The position numbers were made by a program, and so were the translations under genes. 64,000 bases of DNA from Planctomycetota bacterium (GTDB lineage Bacteria; Planctomycetota; B15-G4). The DNA is taken from assembly GCA_038212275.1 (NCBI GenBank), contig JBBQUR010000001.1:32001-96000 (forward strand), read 5' to 3'. Shown here piece after piece: positions 9,266 to 19,273 of the stretch (positions are counted from its first letter, which is position 1; every line of letters begins with the position of its first letter). The notes under the pieces are model-generated. The model ran no database searches. It was not told where the DNA came from and saw only the letters and a program-made list of their open reading frames with translations.

Positions 9266-9301
9266 CGTCGGGTGGGCAGGCGGCGTCGGGTGGGCAGGCG
9301 G
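9266..9301. repeat. Direct repeat, 18 bp x2 (CGTCGGGTGGGCAGGCGG), abutting the dnaG start
   Basis: Two exact copies ending immediately before ATG 9302. Confidence 0.9.
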
Positions 9302-11062
9302 ATGAATCGCGGCGCCGACAAGGATCTCGTGAAGTCGCGCGTGTCGTTGCGCGACGTGGTGGCGGAGGTCGTGGGAGACCTGCGCTCGCGCGGCGGCGAT
9401 GACCTCTGGGCCTGCTGCCCCTTCCATCGCGAGGAGACGCCTTCCTTTCACATCCGGCCGGCGCTGGGCGTCTACAAGTGCTTCGGCTGCCATGAGAGCG
9501 GCGACGTCATCAGCTTCGTGATGAAGATGCGGGGCATCGGCTTCCGCGAGGCGCTCACCGTGCTCGCGGAGCGCGCCGGACTCGAGCTCGAATCGATCTC
9601 TCCCGAGGACCGACGCCGGCATGCAGAGGCCCGCGCCAGCCGTGCCGTGCTCGACGTCGCGCTCAAGCTCTTCCGCCGGGAATTGCTGTCTCCGGCAGGC
9701 CACACGGCGCTGCTCTACATGCGCAACCGCGGCTTCACCGACGACGTGCTGGCACGCTTCGACGTCGGGTTCATTCCGCGCGACTTCCTCCGCGCGCTCC
9801 GCGCCAACCAGGTGGAGCAGTCCCAGCTCGACGGCGCCGGCTTCACGGCCGCGTTCGGCGGGCGGGTGTGCTTCGGCATCCGCGACGGCAACGGCGCGCT
9901 CGTCGGCTTCGGCGCGCGCAAGCTCGCCGACGATGGCGATGGTCCCAAGTACGTGAACACGCGAGAGACGCCCTGGTTCGCCAAGGGCCGGCTGCTCTAC
10001 GGACTCGACAAGGCGGCGCGCGCCCTGTCGCGCACGCGGCGGCTCGTAGTCATGGAAGGCTACACGGACGTGATGATGGCCCACCAGGCCGGCCTCGACG
10101 AGGCCGTCGCCACGATGGGAACGAGCTTCACGTCTGACCATCTCGCGCTCGTGAAGGCGCGGGTGAGCAACCTCGTGCTGGTCTTCGACGGCGACCCGCC
10201 CGGCCAGCAGGCGGCGGAGCGCGCCTCGCGCATGGTGCTCGCGGAGGGCATGGAGTGCCGGGTGCTCATCCTGCCGCTCGACATGGATCCCTTCGACTGG
10301 TTCGGAAGCCATTCGCGCGCGGACTTCGACGCGCTCCTCGACCAGGCGGCCGTCACCAACGTCGCCTGGCTGTGCCAGCGCGGCGTGGCGGGGCTCGACC
10401 GGGGCCAGCCCGGCGGACGCGAACAGGTCGCCCGGGAGGTCCTCGACGCGGCGCGCACCATCACCGACCCGCTGCGACGCGAGACGGTGGTGGGCGACAT
10501 CGCGCGCATCTGCGGAGTCGATCGCAACGTGCTGCGACGGCAGTCCGGCGGCATCGTGACGCCGGCGCCCGTGGCGCGTCGTCCTCGCACCGCCTCCCAG
10601 CCGGTCAATGCGCTGGTGCGGAGCCACTTCGTGGCGGTGGCCGGGCTGGCCCACGATCCCTCGCGCCGCGGTGTCCTGGCCGAGCTTGTCGCAGACGGCG
10701 CGCTCTCGCACCATGGCGCCTGCTCAGCGCTGGAACTCGGCTTCAAGCTGCTCGACGAGGGCGGCGGCAGGATGGACACGTCCGAGTGGCTGCAGGCGGT
10801 GCGCGATGCCCTGCCCGCCGACGCGGACGAGTTCGAACACATGCTGCTCCCGCCTCCCGACCGCATCCTCTGCAGCTTCGACGAGGCTCTGGCGCACCTG
10901 CGCCGGTGCCGCGCCGGAGAGCTCGACCAGGAACAGAAGCGTCTGGCGATGTCGCGACCCGACCTCGCGTCCCGGAGCGAGCTGCTTCGTGATCTTCACT
11001 CCCGCCTGGCTGGGCCGACCCGCCCGGGTGGTGTCTCCACGTCACCTGCCACCCATCCCTGA
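9302..11062 (+). CDS. dnaG: DNA primase
   Basis: CHC2 finger CPFH...PSF...CFGC, PKYVNT.ET, Toprim MEGYTD and FDGD; start moved to ATG 9302. Confidence 0.95.
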   Translation: MNRGADKDLVKSRVSLRDVVAEVVGDLRSRGGDDLWACCPFHREETPSFHIRPALGVYKCFGCHESGDVISFVMKMRGIGFREALTVLAERAGLELESISPEDRRRHAEARASRAVLDVALKLFRRELLSPAGHTALLYMRNRGFTDDVLARFDVGFIPRDFLRALRANQVEQSQLDGAGFTAAFGGRVCFGIRDGNGALVGFGARKLADDGDGPKYVNTRETPWFAKGRLLYGLDKAARALSRTRRLVVMEGYTDVMMAHQAGLDEAVATMGTSFTSDHLALVKARVSNLVLVFDGDPPGQQAAERASRMVLAEGMECRVLILPLDMDPFDWFGSHSRADFDALLDQAAVTNVAWLCQRGVAGLDRGQPGGREQVAREVLDAARTITDPLRRETVVGDIARICGVDRNVLRRQSGGIVTPAPVARRPRTASQPVNALVRSHFVAVAGLAHDPSRRGVLAELVADGALSHHGACSALELGFKLLDEGGGRMDTSEWLQAVRDALPADADEFEHMLLPPPDRILCSFDEALAHLRRCRAGELDQEQKRLAMSRPDLASRSELLRDLHSRLAGPTRPGGVSTSPATHP

Positions 11063-11142
11063 CCGTATCCGACATTGACCCCTTCATATTCGACCCCGGT
11101 GCCGACGAGCCTCCCGAGCCGGCGCCTTCCAAAGGAGACCAG

Positions 11143-12792
11143 GTGAGCGTTGCCACCTCGATCGACAAGATGGATCCCAGCGTTCGCGTTCTCGTGGAGA
11201 GCGGCAAGAAGCGCGGGTTTGTCACCTACGAGGAGATGAACCAGATCCTCCCGAACGACATCGAGAACATCGATGAAGTGCTGACGCTGCTGGAGGAACT
11301 CGGCATCGAGATCCTCGACGAGGCGGACGTCACGGAGGAACACGAGGCGGAGGCCCGCACGCGTGTCGAGAGCGCCGAGGAGGCGCCCGAGGCCCGCAGC
11401 GCGCCGGCCGAGCGCATCGACGACCCCGTGCGCATGTACCTCACGCAGATGGGCGAGATCCCGCTGCTGACGCGCGAGCAGGAGATCAACCTCGCCCGCC
11501 AGATCGAGGTCACGCGGCGCCACTTCCGCAGGCTCATCATGGCGACGGGTTTCGCCGTGCGCGAGGGCATCCAGATCATCGAGGACGTCGAGAGCGGCCG
11601 GCTCGCCTTCGACCGCACGCTGAAGGTCTCGACCTCGGGCTTCGAGCCGGGCAAGCAGGAAGTTTCCGCGCGTCTCAAGGGCAGCATCTCGACGCTGCGG
11701 GCGCTGCACGAGCGGCAGAGCGCCGACTACGGGCGCTTCCTCGAGGGCAAGGGCAATCCGGCGCAGCGCAAGCTGCTGCTCGAGCGCATCGGCTGGGGTC
11801 GCCGCAAGGGCGCGGAACTGCTCGAAGAGCTGCAGGTGCAGCTCAAGAAGGTGCGCCCGATGATCGAGCTGGTGCGCGAGAAGCACCAGGAGATGGCGAC
11901 CCTCGAGCGCCGGCTGCGCTACTTCAAGGGCAACAAGGCGAGTCGCGAGCACAAGGATCTCAAGACCGATTTCGACGCGCTGCAGATCCAGGCGCAGGAA
12001 AGCCCGCGGCGTCTCGCGATCCGGCTGCGGCTCATCGACGAACGTTACGCGCAGTACGAGGAGGCCAAGCGGCTGCTCTCGTCCGGCAACCTGCGCCTCG
12101 TCGTGTCCATCGCGAAGAAGTACCGCAACCGCGGTCTCTCGTTCCTCGACCTCATCCAGGAGGGCAACACCGGCCTGATGAAGGCCGTGGAGAAGTACGA
12201 GTACCGCCGCGGCTACAAGTTCTCCACCTACGCCACGTGGTGGATCCGTCAGGCCATCACGCGTTCGATCGCCGATCAGGCACGCACCATCCGCATTCCG
12301 GTGCACATGATCGAGACGATGAGCAAGCTGCGCAACGTCACCAAGAAGCTCGTGCAGACGCTGGGCCGCGAACCGACCATCGAGGAGATCGCCCGCAACA
12401 GCGACATCTCGAGCGCGGAAGCCAGGCGGGTGATGAAGATCAGCAAGCACCCGATCTCGCTGGATCGACCGATCGGCGAGGGCGACGACAGCTACTTCGG
12501 CGACTTCATCGAGGACGAGAGCGCCGTCTCGCCCGTGACGGCCGCCGCGCAGGAGATGCTGAAGGACAAGATCATGGCCGTGCTCGACACGCTGTCCTTC
12601 CGCGAGCGCGAGATCATCAAACTGCGCTACGGCATCGGCGACGGCTACACCTACACGCTCGAGGAGGTGGGGCGCATCTTCAAGGTCACGCGTGAACGCG
12701 TGCGCCAGATCGAGGCCAAGGCGGTGCGCAAGCTCCAGCACCCGGTGCGCTCGCGCATGCTGGAAGGCTTCATCGACAGCGCCGCGCAGTGA
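11143..12792 (+). CDS. rpoD: Primary sigma factor RpoD
   Basis: AAGGAG RBS; region 1.1, [46 protein letters not shown]...TRERVRQIE. Confidence 0.97.
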   Translation: MSVATSIDKMDPSVRVLVESGKKRGFVTYEEMNQILPNDIENIDEVLTLLEELGIEILDEADVTEEHEAEARTRVESAEEAPEARSAPAERIDDPVRMYLTQMGEIPLLTREQEINLARQIEVTRRHFRRLIMATGFAVREGIQIIEDVESGRLAFDRTLKVSTSGFEPGKQEVSARLKGSISTLRALHERQSADYGRFLEGKGNPAQRKLLLERIGWGRRKGAELLEELQVQLKKVRPMIELVREKHQEMATLERRLRYFKGNKASREHKDLKTDFDALQIQAQESPRRLAIRLRLIDERYAQYEEAKRLLSSGNLRLVVSIAKKYRNRGLSFLDLIQEGNTGLMKAVEKYEYRRGYKFSTYATWWIRQAITRSIADQARTIRIPVHMIETMSKLRNVTKKLVQTLGREPTIEEIARNSDISSAEARRVMKISKHPISLDRPIGEGDDSYFGDFIEDESAVSPVTAAAQEMLKDKIMAVLDTLSFREREIIKLRYGIGDGYTYTLEEVGRIFKVTRERVRQIEAKAVRKLQHPVRSRMLEGFIDSAAQ

Positions 12793-12805
12793 GGCGGGGC
12801 CTGAC

Positions 12806-12842
12806 GACCGGCGGCCGGAGCCATCGCTCCGGACCGCCGGTC
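12806..12842 (+). terminator. Hairpin after rpoD (no U-tract)
   Basis: GACCGGCGGCCGGAGC-CATC-GCTCCGGACCGCCGGTC. Confidence 0.45.
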
Positions 12843-12913
12843 GACGCTGTTCAGCGACCTCCCGCTCTGGTACCCTGCCCGTTCGACCCTTGCTCTCAAG
12901 GTGAAACGGCCAA

Positions 12914-13651
12914 GTGACGCGAGAAGACCAGAGGCAGCAGATCTTCCAGCTCATCGCCCTGCGCGACGTCGACCGACTTCGCTCGCAAGCCAGCCTCTTG
13001 ATCGACTCGGTGCCCCGCGTCCTTGGCGCCCGCCACCGGGATTCGACCGGGGCTCATGGTCAACTCGACGCCGCGCGCAACAAGCTCCAGGGCTTCAAGG
13101 CGCACCTTAAGTCGCTGGAACTCGACCTCTCGGAACGCGAGTCGGCCATCCTGAAGGCCAACGGCAATCTCATGTCGGCCAAGACGAATCAGGAGTACAG
13201 CCTCCTCGTGGCCGAGATCGCCCGCAAGGTCGAGGACAAGGGCAAGGTCGAGGAATCCATCCTCGAGCAGTTCGAGACCATCAAGCAGGGCGAGGGGCTC
13301 GTGAAGGCCGCCGAGCAGCACCTGGTCGAGGCCGAAGCCGAGTACAAGGCCTTTGAGAACCGCGCGAAGAACGAGTGGGAAACGCACCGTGCCGAACTCG
13401 CGGCACTCGACGAGCGCCGCGAGCAGATCCGCCGCGCCATCGAGCCTGTCGTCCTCAAGCTGTACGACCGCGCACACGCCGCGCACGGCGAGGGCGTCGC
13501 CGCAGTGGAGGTCCACATCTGCCAGGGTTGCTTCTCGACGGTGACGCCCAACGATCGCAGCCGGCTCATCTCCGGCCTCGAGCTGATCATGTGCCGCTCG
13601 TGCCAGCGCATCCTGTACCTGCCCGAGGTCCTGCAGGCGACGAGCGGCTGA
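12914..13651 (+). CDS. Coiled-coil C4 zinc-ribbon protein (DUF164/CT398-like)
   Basis: Long coiled coil, KTNQEY, C-terminal CQGC...CRSC.RILY; usual neighbour of rpoD. Confidence 0.88.
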   Translation: MTREDQRQQIFQLIALRDVDRLRSQASLLIDSVPRVLGARHRDSTGAHGQLDAARNKLQGFKAHLKSLELDLSERESAILKANGNLMSAKTNQEYSLLVAEIARKVEDKGKVEESILEQFETIKQGEGLVKAAEQHLVEAEAEYKAFENRAKNEWETHRAELAALDERREQIRRAIEPVVLKLYDRAHAAHGEGVAAVEVHICQGCFSTVTPNDRSRLISGLELIMCRSCQRILYLPEVLQATSG

Positions 13652-13662
13652 TCGTCCGACCG

Positions 13663-15570
13663 ATGTCCGCGATCCGCACGACAATCGTCGGCACGGCGGG
13701 CCACATCGACCACGGCAAGTCCGCCCTCGTGCGCGCGCTCACGGGAATCGATCCCGACCGGCTGCTCGAGGAGCAGAAGCGGGGCATGACCATCGACCTC
13801 GGCTTCGCGCCCTACCGGCACCAGAGCGGCTCGCTCGTCGGCATCATCGACGTGCCGGGCCACGAGCGCTTCGTGAAGAACATGGTCGCGGGCGCCACGT
13901 CGGTGGACATCGTCCTGCTCGTGGTCGCGGCCGACGACGGCGTCATGCCGCAGACGCGCGAGCACCTCGCGATCCTCGGCTTGCTCGGCGTGACGCGCGG
14001 CCTCGTCGTGCTCAACAAGGTGGACCTCGTCGGGCCCGAGTTGCTCGACATGGCGCGGCAGGACATCGAGGCGCTGGTGGCGGGCACCTTCCTGCAGGGC
14101 GCGCCGGTGCTGCCCGTCTCGGCCACGGTCGGCACGGGTCTCCCCGAGCTGCGCGCGCAACTCGACGCACTCATCGACACGGTGCCGCCGCGCGACACGA
14201 GCGGCGCCTTCCGGCTGCCCGTCCAGCGCGTTTTCTCCGCGAAGGGCCACGGCACGGTGGTCACCGGCGTGCCCGTGAGCGGCTCCGTCGCAGCGGGCGA
14301 CGAACTGGAGGTGGTGGGCCGCGATCTCGCGCTGCGGGTCCGCGGCGTGCAGGCCTACGGCGCCGCGCGCGACGTCGGTCGTGCGGGTCACAGCACGGCG
14401 CTCAACGTCACGGGGGCGGGACGGGGTGACATCGTGCGCGGTGATGTCGTCGCACGTCCCGGCGTCTTCGCGGCGCGGCGGCGGCTCTCCGTGCACTACA
14501 CGCACATCGACGGACGGGCGCTGCGCAACAATGCGCCGGTGCGCCTGCACGTCGGCACCGCCGAGGTCCTGGGCCAGGCCGTGGTGCTCGACGCCGCTGC
14601 GGTGGCGGCGGGCGATGCCGCCTTTCTGCAGCTCCGCCTGCACGAGGCAACGACTTGCGCGCCCGGCGACAGGTTCCTGCTGCGCGACCAGTCCTCACTC
14701 GCCGTGCTCGGAGGCGGACTCGTGCTTGCCGCGACCGACGGCCGCCTGAAGCGCTTCAAGGAGCGCGTGCTGAGCGACGCCCGAGCCAGGCTCGAGGCCC
14801 AGGGAGATCCCGGACGCCTGCTCGCCGTCGCGCTGTCGGCTGCGGGACGCCGCGGCCTCTCGCTCGCGGCGCTCGCCGTGGAAACGGGCGTGCCGGCCTC
14901 CGCGCTGCGCCTGCCACTCGAGACGCTGGCAGCCGCAGGCGAGATCGTCGCCGCACCGGGTGGGCTCTATATCGATGGCGTGGCGCTCGAGGAGTTCGCC
15001 GACGACCTGCTCGCCGCGGTGAGCGCCGAGCACAAGGCGCGGCCGCTGCTCGACTGGGTGGACCTCAAGGACGTGCGTGCGCGCGTGGCAGCCGAGGACG
15101 TCGCGCTGGACGCGGTGCTGGCGACCGACCGCCGCTTCGAGACGGCGCCCGGCGGCAAGCTGCGCCGCCACGGATACCGGGCACTGCTCAGCAACGCGCA
15201 GCGCGAGGCGCGGGAACGCACGCTCGCGGCGCTGGCCGCCGGCGCCGCCACGCCGCCCGCGATCGATCCGGCCTTCACGGGCCTGCCGGAAAAGGAAACG
15301 CGCGCGCTGATCTCGATGCTCCGCGCCGCCGGCGAGGCCGTCGCGGTCGAGCAGCACCTCTTCCATCCGGCGGCGCTCGAACGGATGCGCGGCATCATCC
15401 GCGAGCACGGCCGCGCGCGCCTGGGCGCCATCAGCATTCCGGAGCTGCGCGACGAACTGGCGACCACGCGCAAGTACCTCATTCCGCTGCTCGAATTCTT
15501 CGACGCGGAGGGCCTGACCGTGCGCCACGGTGACAAGCGGACGTTGCGCCACGTGGACCTGCCGTCGTGA
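13663..15570 (+). CDS. selB: Selenocysteine-specific elongation factor SelB
   Basis: [40 protein letters not shown]-terminal winged helix [13 protein letters not shown]...R.GD.R. Confidence 0.95.
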   Translation: MSAIRTTIVGTAGHIDHGKSALVRALTGIDPDRLLEEQKRGMTIDLGFAPYRHQSGSLVGIIDVPGHERFVKNMVAGATSVDIVLLVVAADDGVMPQTREHLAILGLLGVTRGLVVLNKVDLVGPELLDMARQDIEALVAGTFLQGAPVLPVSATVGTGLPELRAQLDALIDTVPPRDTSGAFRLPVQRVFSAKGHGTVVTGVPVSGSVAAGDELEVVGRDLALRVRGVQAYGAARDVGRAGHSTALNVTGAGRGDIVRGDVVARPGVFAARRRLSVHYTHIDGRALRNNAPVRLHVGTAEVLGQAVVLDAAAVAAGDAAFLQLRLHEATTCAPGDRFLLRDQSSLAVLGGGLVLAATDGRLKRFKERVLSDARARLEAQGDPGRLLAVALSAAGRRGLSLAALAVETGVPASALRLPLETLAAAGEIVAAPGGLYIDGVALEEFADDLLAAVSAEHKARPLLDWVDLKDVRARVAAEDVALDAVLATDRRFETAPGGKLRRHGYRALLSNAQREARERTLAALAAGAATPPAIDPAFTGLPEKETRALISMLRAAGEAVAVEQHLFHPAALERMRGIIREHGRARLGAISIPELRDELATTRKYLIPLLEFFDAEGLTVRHGDKRTLRHVDLPS

Positions 15571-17531
15571 GGTCCTCGAGCCGGGCGCGGCTCGGCGGCT
15601 GTCTCGCGGCACTCTCACTTGCGGCGTGCTCTCACGCCCCGGCACGTCCGTCCGTGCTTCTCGTCACGATCGACACGCTGCGCGCCGACGCGGTCTCGGC
15701 CTGGGGCGGGCGGCCGGGCAGCACGCCGGTCATGGATGCGCTGTGTGCGCGCGGCACGCGGTTCGCTCAGGCGAGCACCGTGACGCCGCTCACGCTGCCG
15801 GCTCACGCCTCGATGCTCACGGGACTGCGACCTGCCCGGCACGGCCTCACGGTGAACGGGGTTGCGGTGGCGCGCCTCCCCGTGCCGACGCTGGCGGAAC
15901 ACCTGCACGAGGGCGGGTGGACCACCGCCGCCTTCGTGTCGAGCACCGTCCTCGATCATCTGCACGGCCTGGCCATCGGCTTCGACCTCTACGATGACGA
16001 CCTGCTCGTCGCCGGCGGTCCGCCGGTGCCGACGGAGCGGCGCGGCGATGTCACCGTGGATCACGCCGTCGCGTGGGAGGGATGGTCGACCGAGCCCTTC
16101 TTCGCGTGGGTTCACCTCTTCGACCCGCATGCGCCGTACGCGGCGCCCGCGCCGCCCGATGCGCCCGATGCGCCCGATGCGCCCGATGCGCCCGCGCCGG
16201 CTGCGCCGCCCGCGCCGGCTGCGCCGGCTGGCGCAGCAGCCGACGCCGCGGGGGATGTCTCGCCGGAGGCCGAGCGTGCCAGCTACGAGGCCGAAGTGGC
16301 CTTCGCCGATGCACAACTCGGCCGGTTGCTGGAGGCCGTGCGGGCACGGGCGCGCGGACCCGTCCTCGTCGTCCTCGCGGCGGACCACGGCGAGGGGCTC
16401 GGTGAGCACGGCGAGGAAACGCACGGACTGCTGCTGCACGAGGCGACGATGCACGTGCCGCTCGCCGTGGCGTGGCTCGGCGAGCCGCCGGAGGGCGCCA
16501 CGTTTCCGGTCGGCGGCGCCGTGCGCTCCGAAGCCGTCTCGCTGCTCGACGTGATGCCCACCGTGCTCGACGTGCTCGGCTTGCCCGAGGGCGCGGCGCC
16601 CGCTCTCGATGGTCGCTCGTTGCGCACGCCTGCGCCCGGCCGCGCGCTGCCGCTCGAGACGCGCGCGCCGTGGGTCTACTACGGCTTCTCGCCGCTCGTC
16701 GGCGTCCGTCGCGACGGCGACAAGCTCGTCGGCGCACCGCTCGCGGGCGCACCCGACTGGACGCTCACGTCGCCGGTCGACGATCCGCGCGAGGAGCACG
16801 GCGTCGTCGTGACCGACCACGCGCTGCTGGCGCTGATGCGTTCGCCCGAACCGGAGCACGAGGCCGCGCCGGCCGGTGACGGCGCGGCGCTGGCCGCCCT
16901 TGGCTACATGGGCCGGCAGGCGCCGGACGCGCCCGCGGGCCCGACCGGCGCGACACTGGCCGACCCGCGCACGGAGCAGGCCTTCATCGTGCTGCTGGAC
17001 CGGGCCAACACGGACATCGTGCTCGGCCGCGCGGAGCAGGCGCTCTCCAGCCTGGACGCGGCGGGCGCGGCGCACGAAGCGCGACCTGAGCTGCTGCTGC
17101 TGCGCGGTCGGGCTTACGCTGCCCTCGGTCGCTGGGATGAGGCGGTGGAGGTGCTGGACCGCGCGCAGCGCGCACGTCCGAGCGTGGACCTGCTCATCGA
17201 ATATGGTCGGGCGCAGATTCTCCGGGCGCAGGCCTTCGGCACGCCTCCGGACGCGGCCATCCCGGCGCTGGACGCCGCGCTGGCGGCCGCCCCCGGCGAA
17301 CCGCGCGCCGTCGCGCTGCGCTCGCTGGCGGATCTGCTGCGCGGCGGCGGTGTCGCGGCGCTCGTGCGGCTCGACGAGGCGCTGTCGGAGCGGCCTCGCG
17401 ACATCACGCTGCTGGGAGTGAAGCTGCGCGTGCTCGTGGAGTTGAAGCGCGAGCCGGAAGCCGATGCGGTGCGCGCGCTGCTGGGCACGCTGTGGCCCGA
17501 GCACCCGGCGCTGATGACGCCCGCACGCTGA
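15567..17531 (+). CDS. Sulfatase-like hydrolase lipoprotein with C-terminal TPRs
   Basis: Lipobox LAAC; TIDTLRAD, TLPAHASMLTG, HLFDPHAPY, ADHGE, ALGY; helical C-terminus; GTGA overlap with selB. Confidence 0.85.
   Translation: MRSSSRARLGGCLAALSLAACSHAPARPSVLLVTIDTLRADAVSAWGGRPGSTPVMDALCARGTRFAQASTVTPLTLPAHASMLTGLRPARHGLTVNGVAVARLPVPTLAEHLHEGGWTTAAFVSSTVLDHLHGLAIGFDLYDDDLLVAGGPPVPTERRGDVTVDHAVAWEGWSTEPFFAWVHLFDPHAPYAAPAPPDAPDAPDAPDAPAPAAPPAPAAPAGAAADAAGDVSPEAERASYEAEVAFADAQLGRLLEAVRARARGPVLVVLAADHGEGLGEHGEETHGLLLHEATMHVPLAVAWLGEPPEGATFPVGGAVRSEAVSLLDVMPTVLDVLGLPEGAAPALDGRSLRTPAPGRALPLETRAPWVYYGFSPLVGVRRDGDKLVGAPLAGAPDWTLTSPVDDPREEHGVVVTDHALLALMRSPEPEHEAAPAGDGAALAALGYMGRQAPDAPAGPTGATLADPRTEQAFIVLLDRANTDIVLGRAEQALSSLDAAGAAHEARPELLLLRGRAYAALGRWDEAVEVLDRAQRARPSVDLLIEYGRAQILRAQAFGTPPDAAIPALDAALAAAPGEPRAVALRSLADLLRGGGVAALVRLDEALSERPRDITLLGVKLRVLVELKREPEADAVRALLGTLWPEHPALMTPAR
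16155..16226. repeat. Intragenic tandem repeats (9 bp x4, 18 bp x2) encoding a Pro/Ala linker
   Basis: CCCGATGCG x4, then CCCGCGCCGGCTGCGCCG x2. Confidence 0.85.
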
Positions 17532-17540
17532 GCCTGGGCG

Positions 17541-18185
17541 TCAGCCGTCCAGCAGCCTGGCCTGCTCGTCGAGCAGCGTGCGCAATCTGGCCAGCATGCT
17601 GTCGCCGAGATTCCGGCCTTGCTCCAGGTTGTCGTGGAGCAGGCGTTCGACCATCGGCGCCTGGCGCTCGATTTCGCCCAGGCCCGTGGCAAGCGACGCG
17701 ATGCGTGCGCGGCGGGCCTCGTCCTTCTCGGGGCACGCGGCGAGCTTGCTGCGCTGAGTGCCGGCCTCGGCCAGCATCGGCTGCGACCGGCTTCGCCATG
17801 CGACGAGGGCTGAGCACTCCCGGTGCAGGTTCACCGCAAGCGAGAGCACGACGTCCGCCTCGTCCACCAGGCCGCGCAGCGCGGGCAGCCTCTCGCGCCG
17901 GTCGGTGGCGTCGTCCTGGGTGATCTGCACGCGCCGGCTCTTGAGTCCGGCGAGGCGGTTGAGCAAGTCGTCGCGCTGGTCGCGCAGCGCAAGCACCATG
18001 CCCTGGGCGCGCAGCGCCTGGTAGTCCGGATCGAGGGCCGACAGCTCGGCCTCCACCGCCGCGAAGGCCTCGTCCGTGTTAGCCATGCCACGATCGAGGT
18101 CCGCATCTCCGCCCCCGGCGAGCGCGGCCCAGAGCAGCAGCGCAGCGAACAGGAGCACGGCGAGCAGGATGCGCGCACCGCTCAC
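17541..18185 (-). CDS. Hypothetical membrane-anchored coiled-coil protein
   Basis: GTG overlapping the upstream stop (GTGA); N-terminal hydrophobic ILLAVLLFAALLLWA; heptad-rich helices. Confidence 0.7.
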   Translation of the reverse strand: MSGARILLAVLLFAALLLWAALAGGGDADLDRGMANTDEAFAAVEAELSALDPDYQALRAQGMVLALRDQRDDLLNRLAGLKSRRVQITQDDATDRRERLPALRGLVDEADVVLSLAVNLHRECSALVAWRSRSQPMLAEAGTQRSKLAACPEKDEARRARIASLATGLGEIERQAPMVERLLHDNLEQGRNLGDSMLARLRTLLDEQARLLDG

Positions 18186-19273
18186 GGGCCGGGCTCCGCG
18201 CGCTGGCGCGTCCCGCCGCCGTCGGGTGACTGCGCGGTGTGCACCGCGTAGTCGCGCGGAGCGTCGAGCACGTCTCGCGGCGAGGGCATCACGGCGTTGC
18301 GGACGAGGCGGGCGCCGGCCGGCACCACCGCGAAGGGCATCACCAGGCACTGGTCGAGCCGCGCCCGGGCGCCGATGCGCGCGCCCTTGCCGACCACCGT
18401 GCCGCACGTCAGCTCCGCTTCCGGCGAGACCTGCGCGTCGGGATGCACGAGGCTCTCGCTTCCGTCGCGCCGCCCGCCCTGCGCGAGAAGCTCCGGCAGG
18501 ACGGGCAGTTCGCCGGCGAGCGCTGCGCGATGGGCATCAAGCCACGCGGGCACGTTGCCGAGTTCGGCCCACGCACCGGCGTGCACGAAACCCGCGCAGC
18601 GCGCGCCCGACGCCAGCGCCGGCACATAACCCTGCCGCACGAGGCAGCTCGTGCCGGCCGGGAAGCGGTCCAGGAAGGTCGGCGTGAGCACATGCACGCT
18701 GGCATTGACCGCACGCTCCCGGCCCGGCCTGCCGACCAGTCCCACGATGTCGGAGAGCAAGCCGAGGGCGTCGGTCTCGACGGCGCCGAAGAACGACGTG
18801 TCGGCGTGAGGCGTCAGGGCCATGGTTGCTTCCGCGCCGGTGTCCTCGTGACGGCGCACGAGTGCCGCATAGTCGATGTCCGTGAGGATGTCACCGGCGA
18901 GCACCAGCACGGGGCCGCTGCCGCGCCAGTCGCGCAGATTGCGGAGACCTCCTCCGGTGCCGAGCAGCTCACGCTCCGTGCGGACGTGGAGCTCAAGGCC
19001 GGGCACCGGGCCGTCTTCGGCGAACCGGCGCACCTGTTCCGCATGATGAAAGGCATTGAGCGCGACGCGCCGGATGCCCGCCGTGCGCAGCCCGTGCAGC
19101 ACGTGCGTGAGCAGCGGCACGTTGAGGAAGGGAACCAAAGGCTTCGGCATCACGTCGGTGAGCGGGTGCAGGCGCGTGCCGTGGCCGGCGCAGAGCACGA
19201 TGGCCTGGCGCAGGCCGCAGTCGCGCGTCGGCGAAACGCCGCCCGCGCCGCGAACGCCGGCCGCGCCGCTCAC
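18182..19273 (-). CDS. Sugar-1-phosphate nucleotidyltransferase (MurU-like) with C-terminal left-handed beta-helix
   Basis: LCAGHGTRLHPLT...PKPL, ELLGTGGGL, AGD; hexapeptide-like tail; coupled to the AmgK-like kinase. Confidence 0.85.
   Translation of the reverse strand: MSGAAGVRGAGGVSPTRDCGLRQAIVLCAGHGTRLHPLTDVMPKPLVPFLNVPLLTHVLHGLRTAGIRRVALNAFHHAEQVRRFAEDGPVPGLELHVRTERELLGTGGGLRNLRDWRGSGPVLVLAGDILTDIDYAALVRRHEDTGAEATMALTPHADTSFFGAVETDALGLLSDIVGLVGRPGRERAVNASVHVLTPTFLDRFPAGTSCLVRQGYVPALASGARCAGFVHAGAWAELGNVPAWLDAHRAALAGELPVLPELLAQGGRRDGSESLVHPDAQVSPEAELTCGTVVGKGARIGARARLDQCLVMPFAVVPAGARLVRNAVMPSPRDVLDAPRDYAVHTAQSPDGGGTRQRAEPGP

Noticed and set aside
8856..9301. Replication origin
   Set aside because: No TTATCCACA-like box cluster, no AT-rich unwinding element and no dnaA.
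9005..9301. Long N-terminal extensions given by the ORF track (dnaG, selB, guaA, asd, TetR and others)
   Set aside because: They overlap upstream genes or are low-quality sequence; homology and stop/start overlaps point to later starts.
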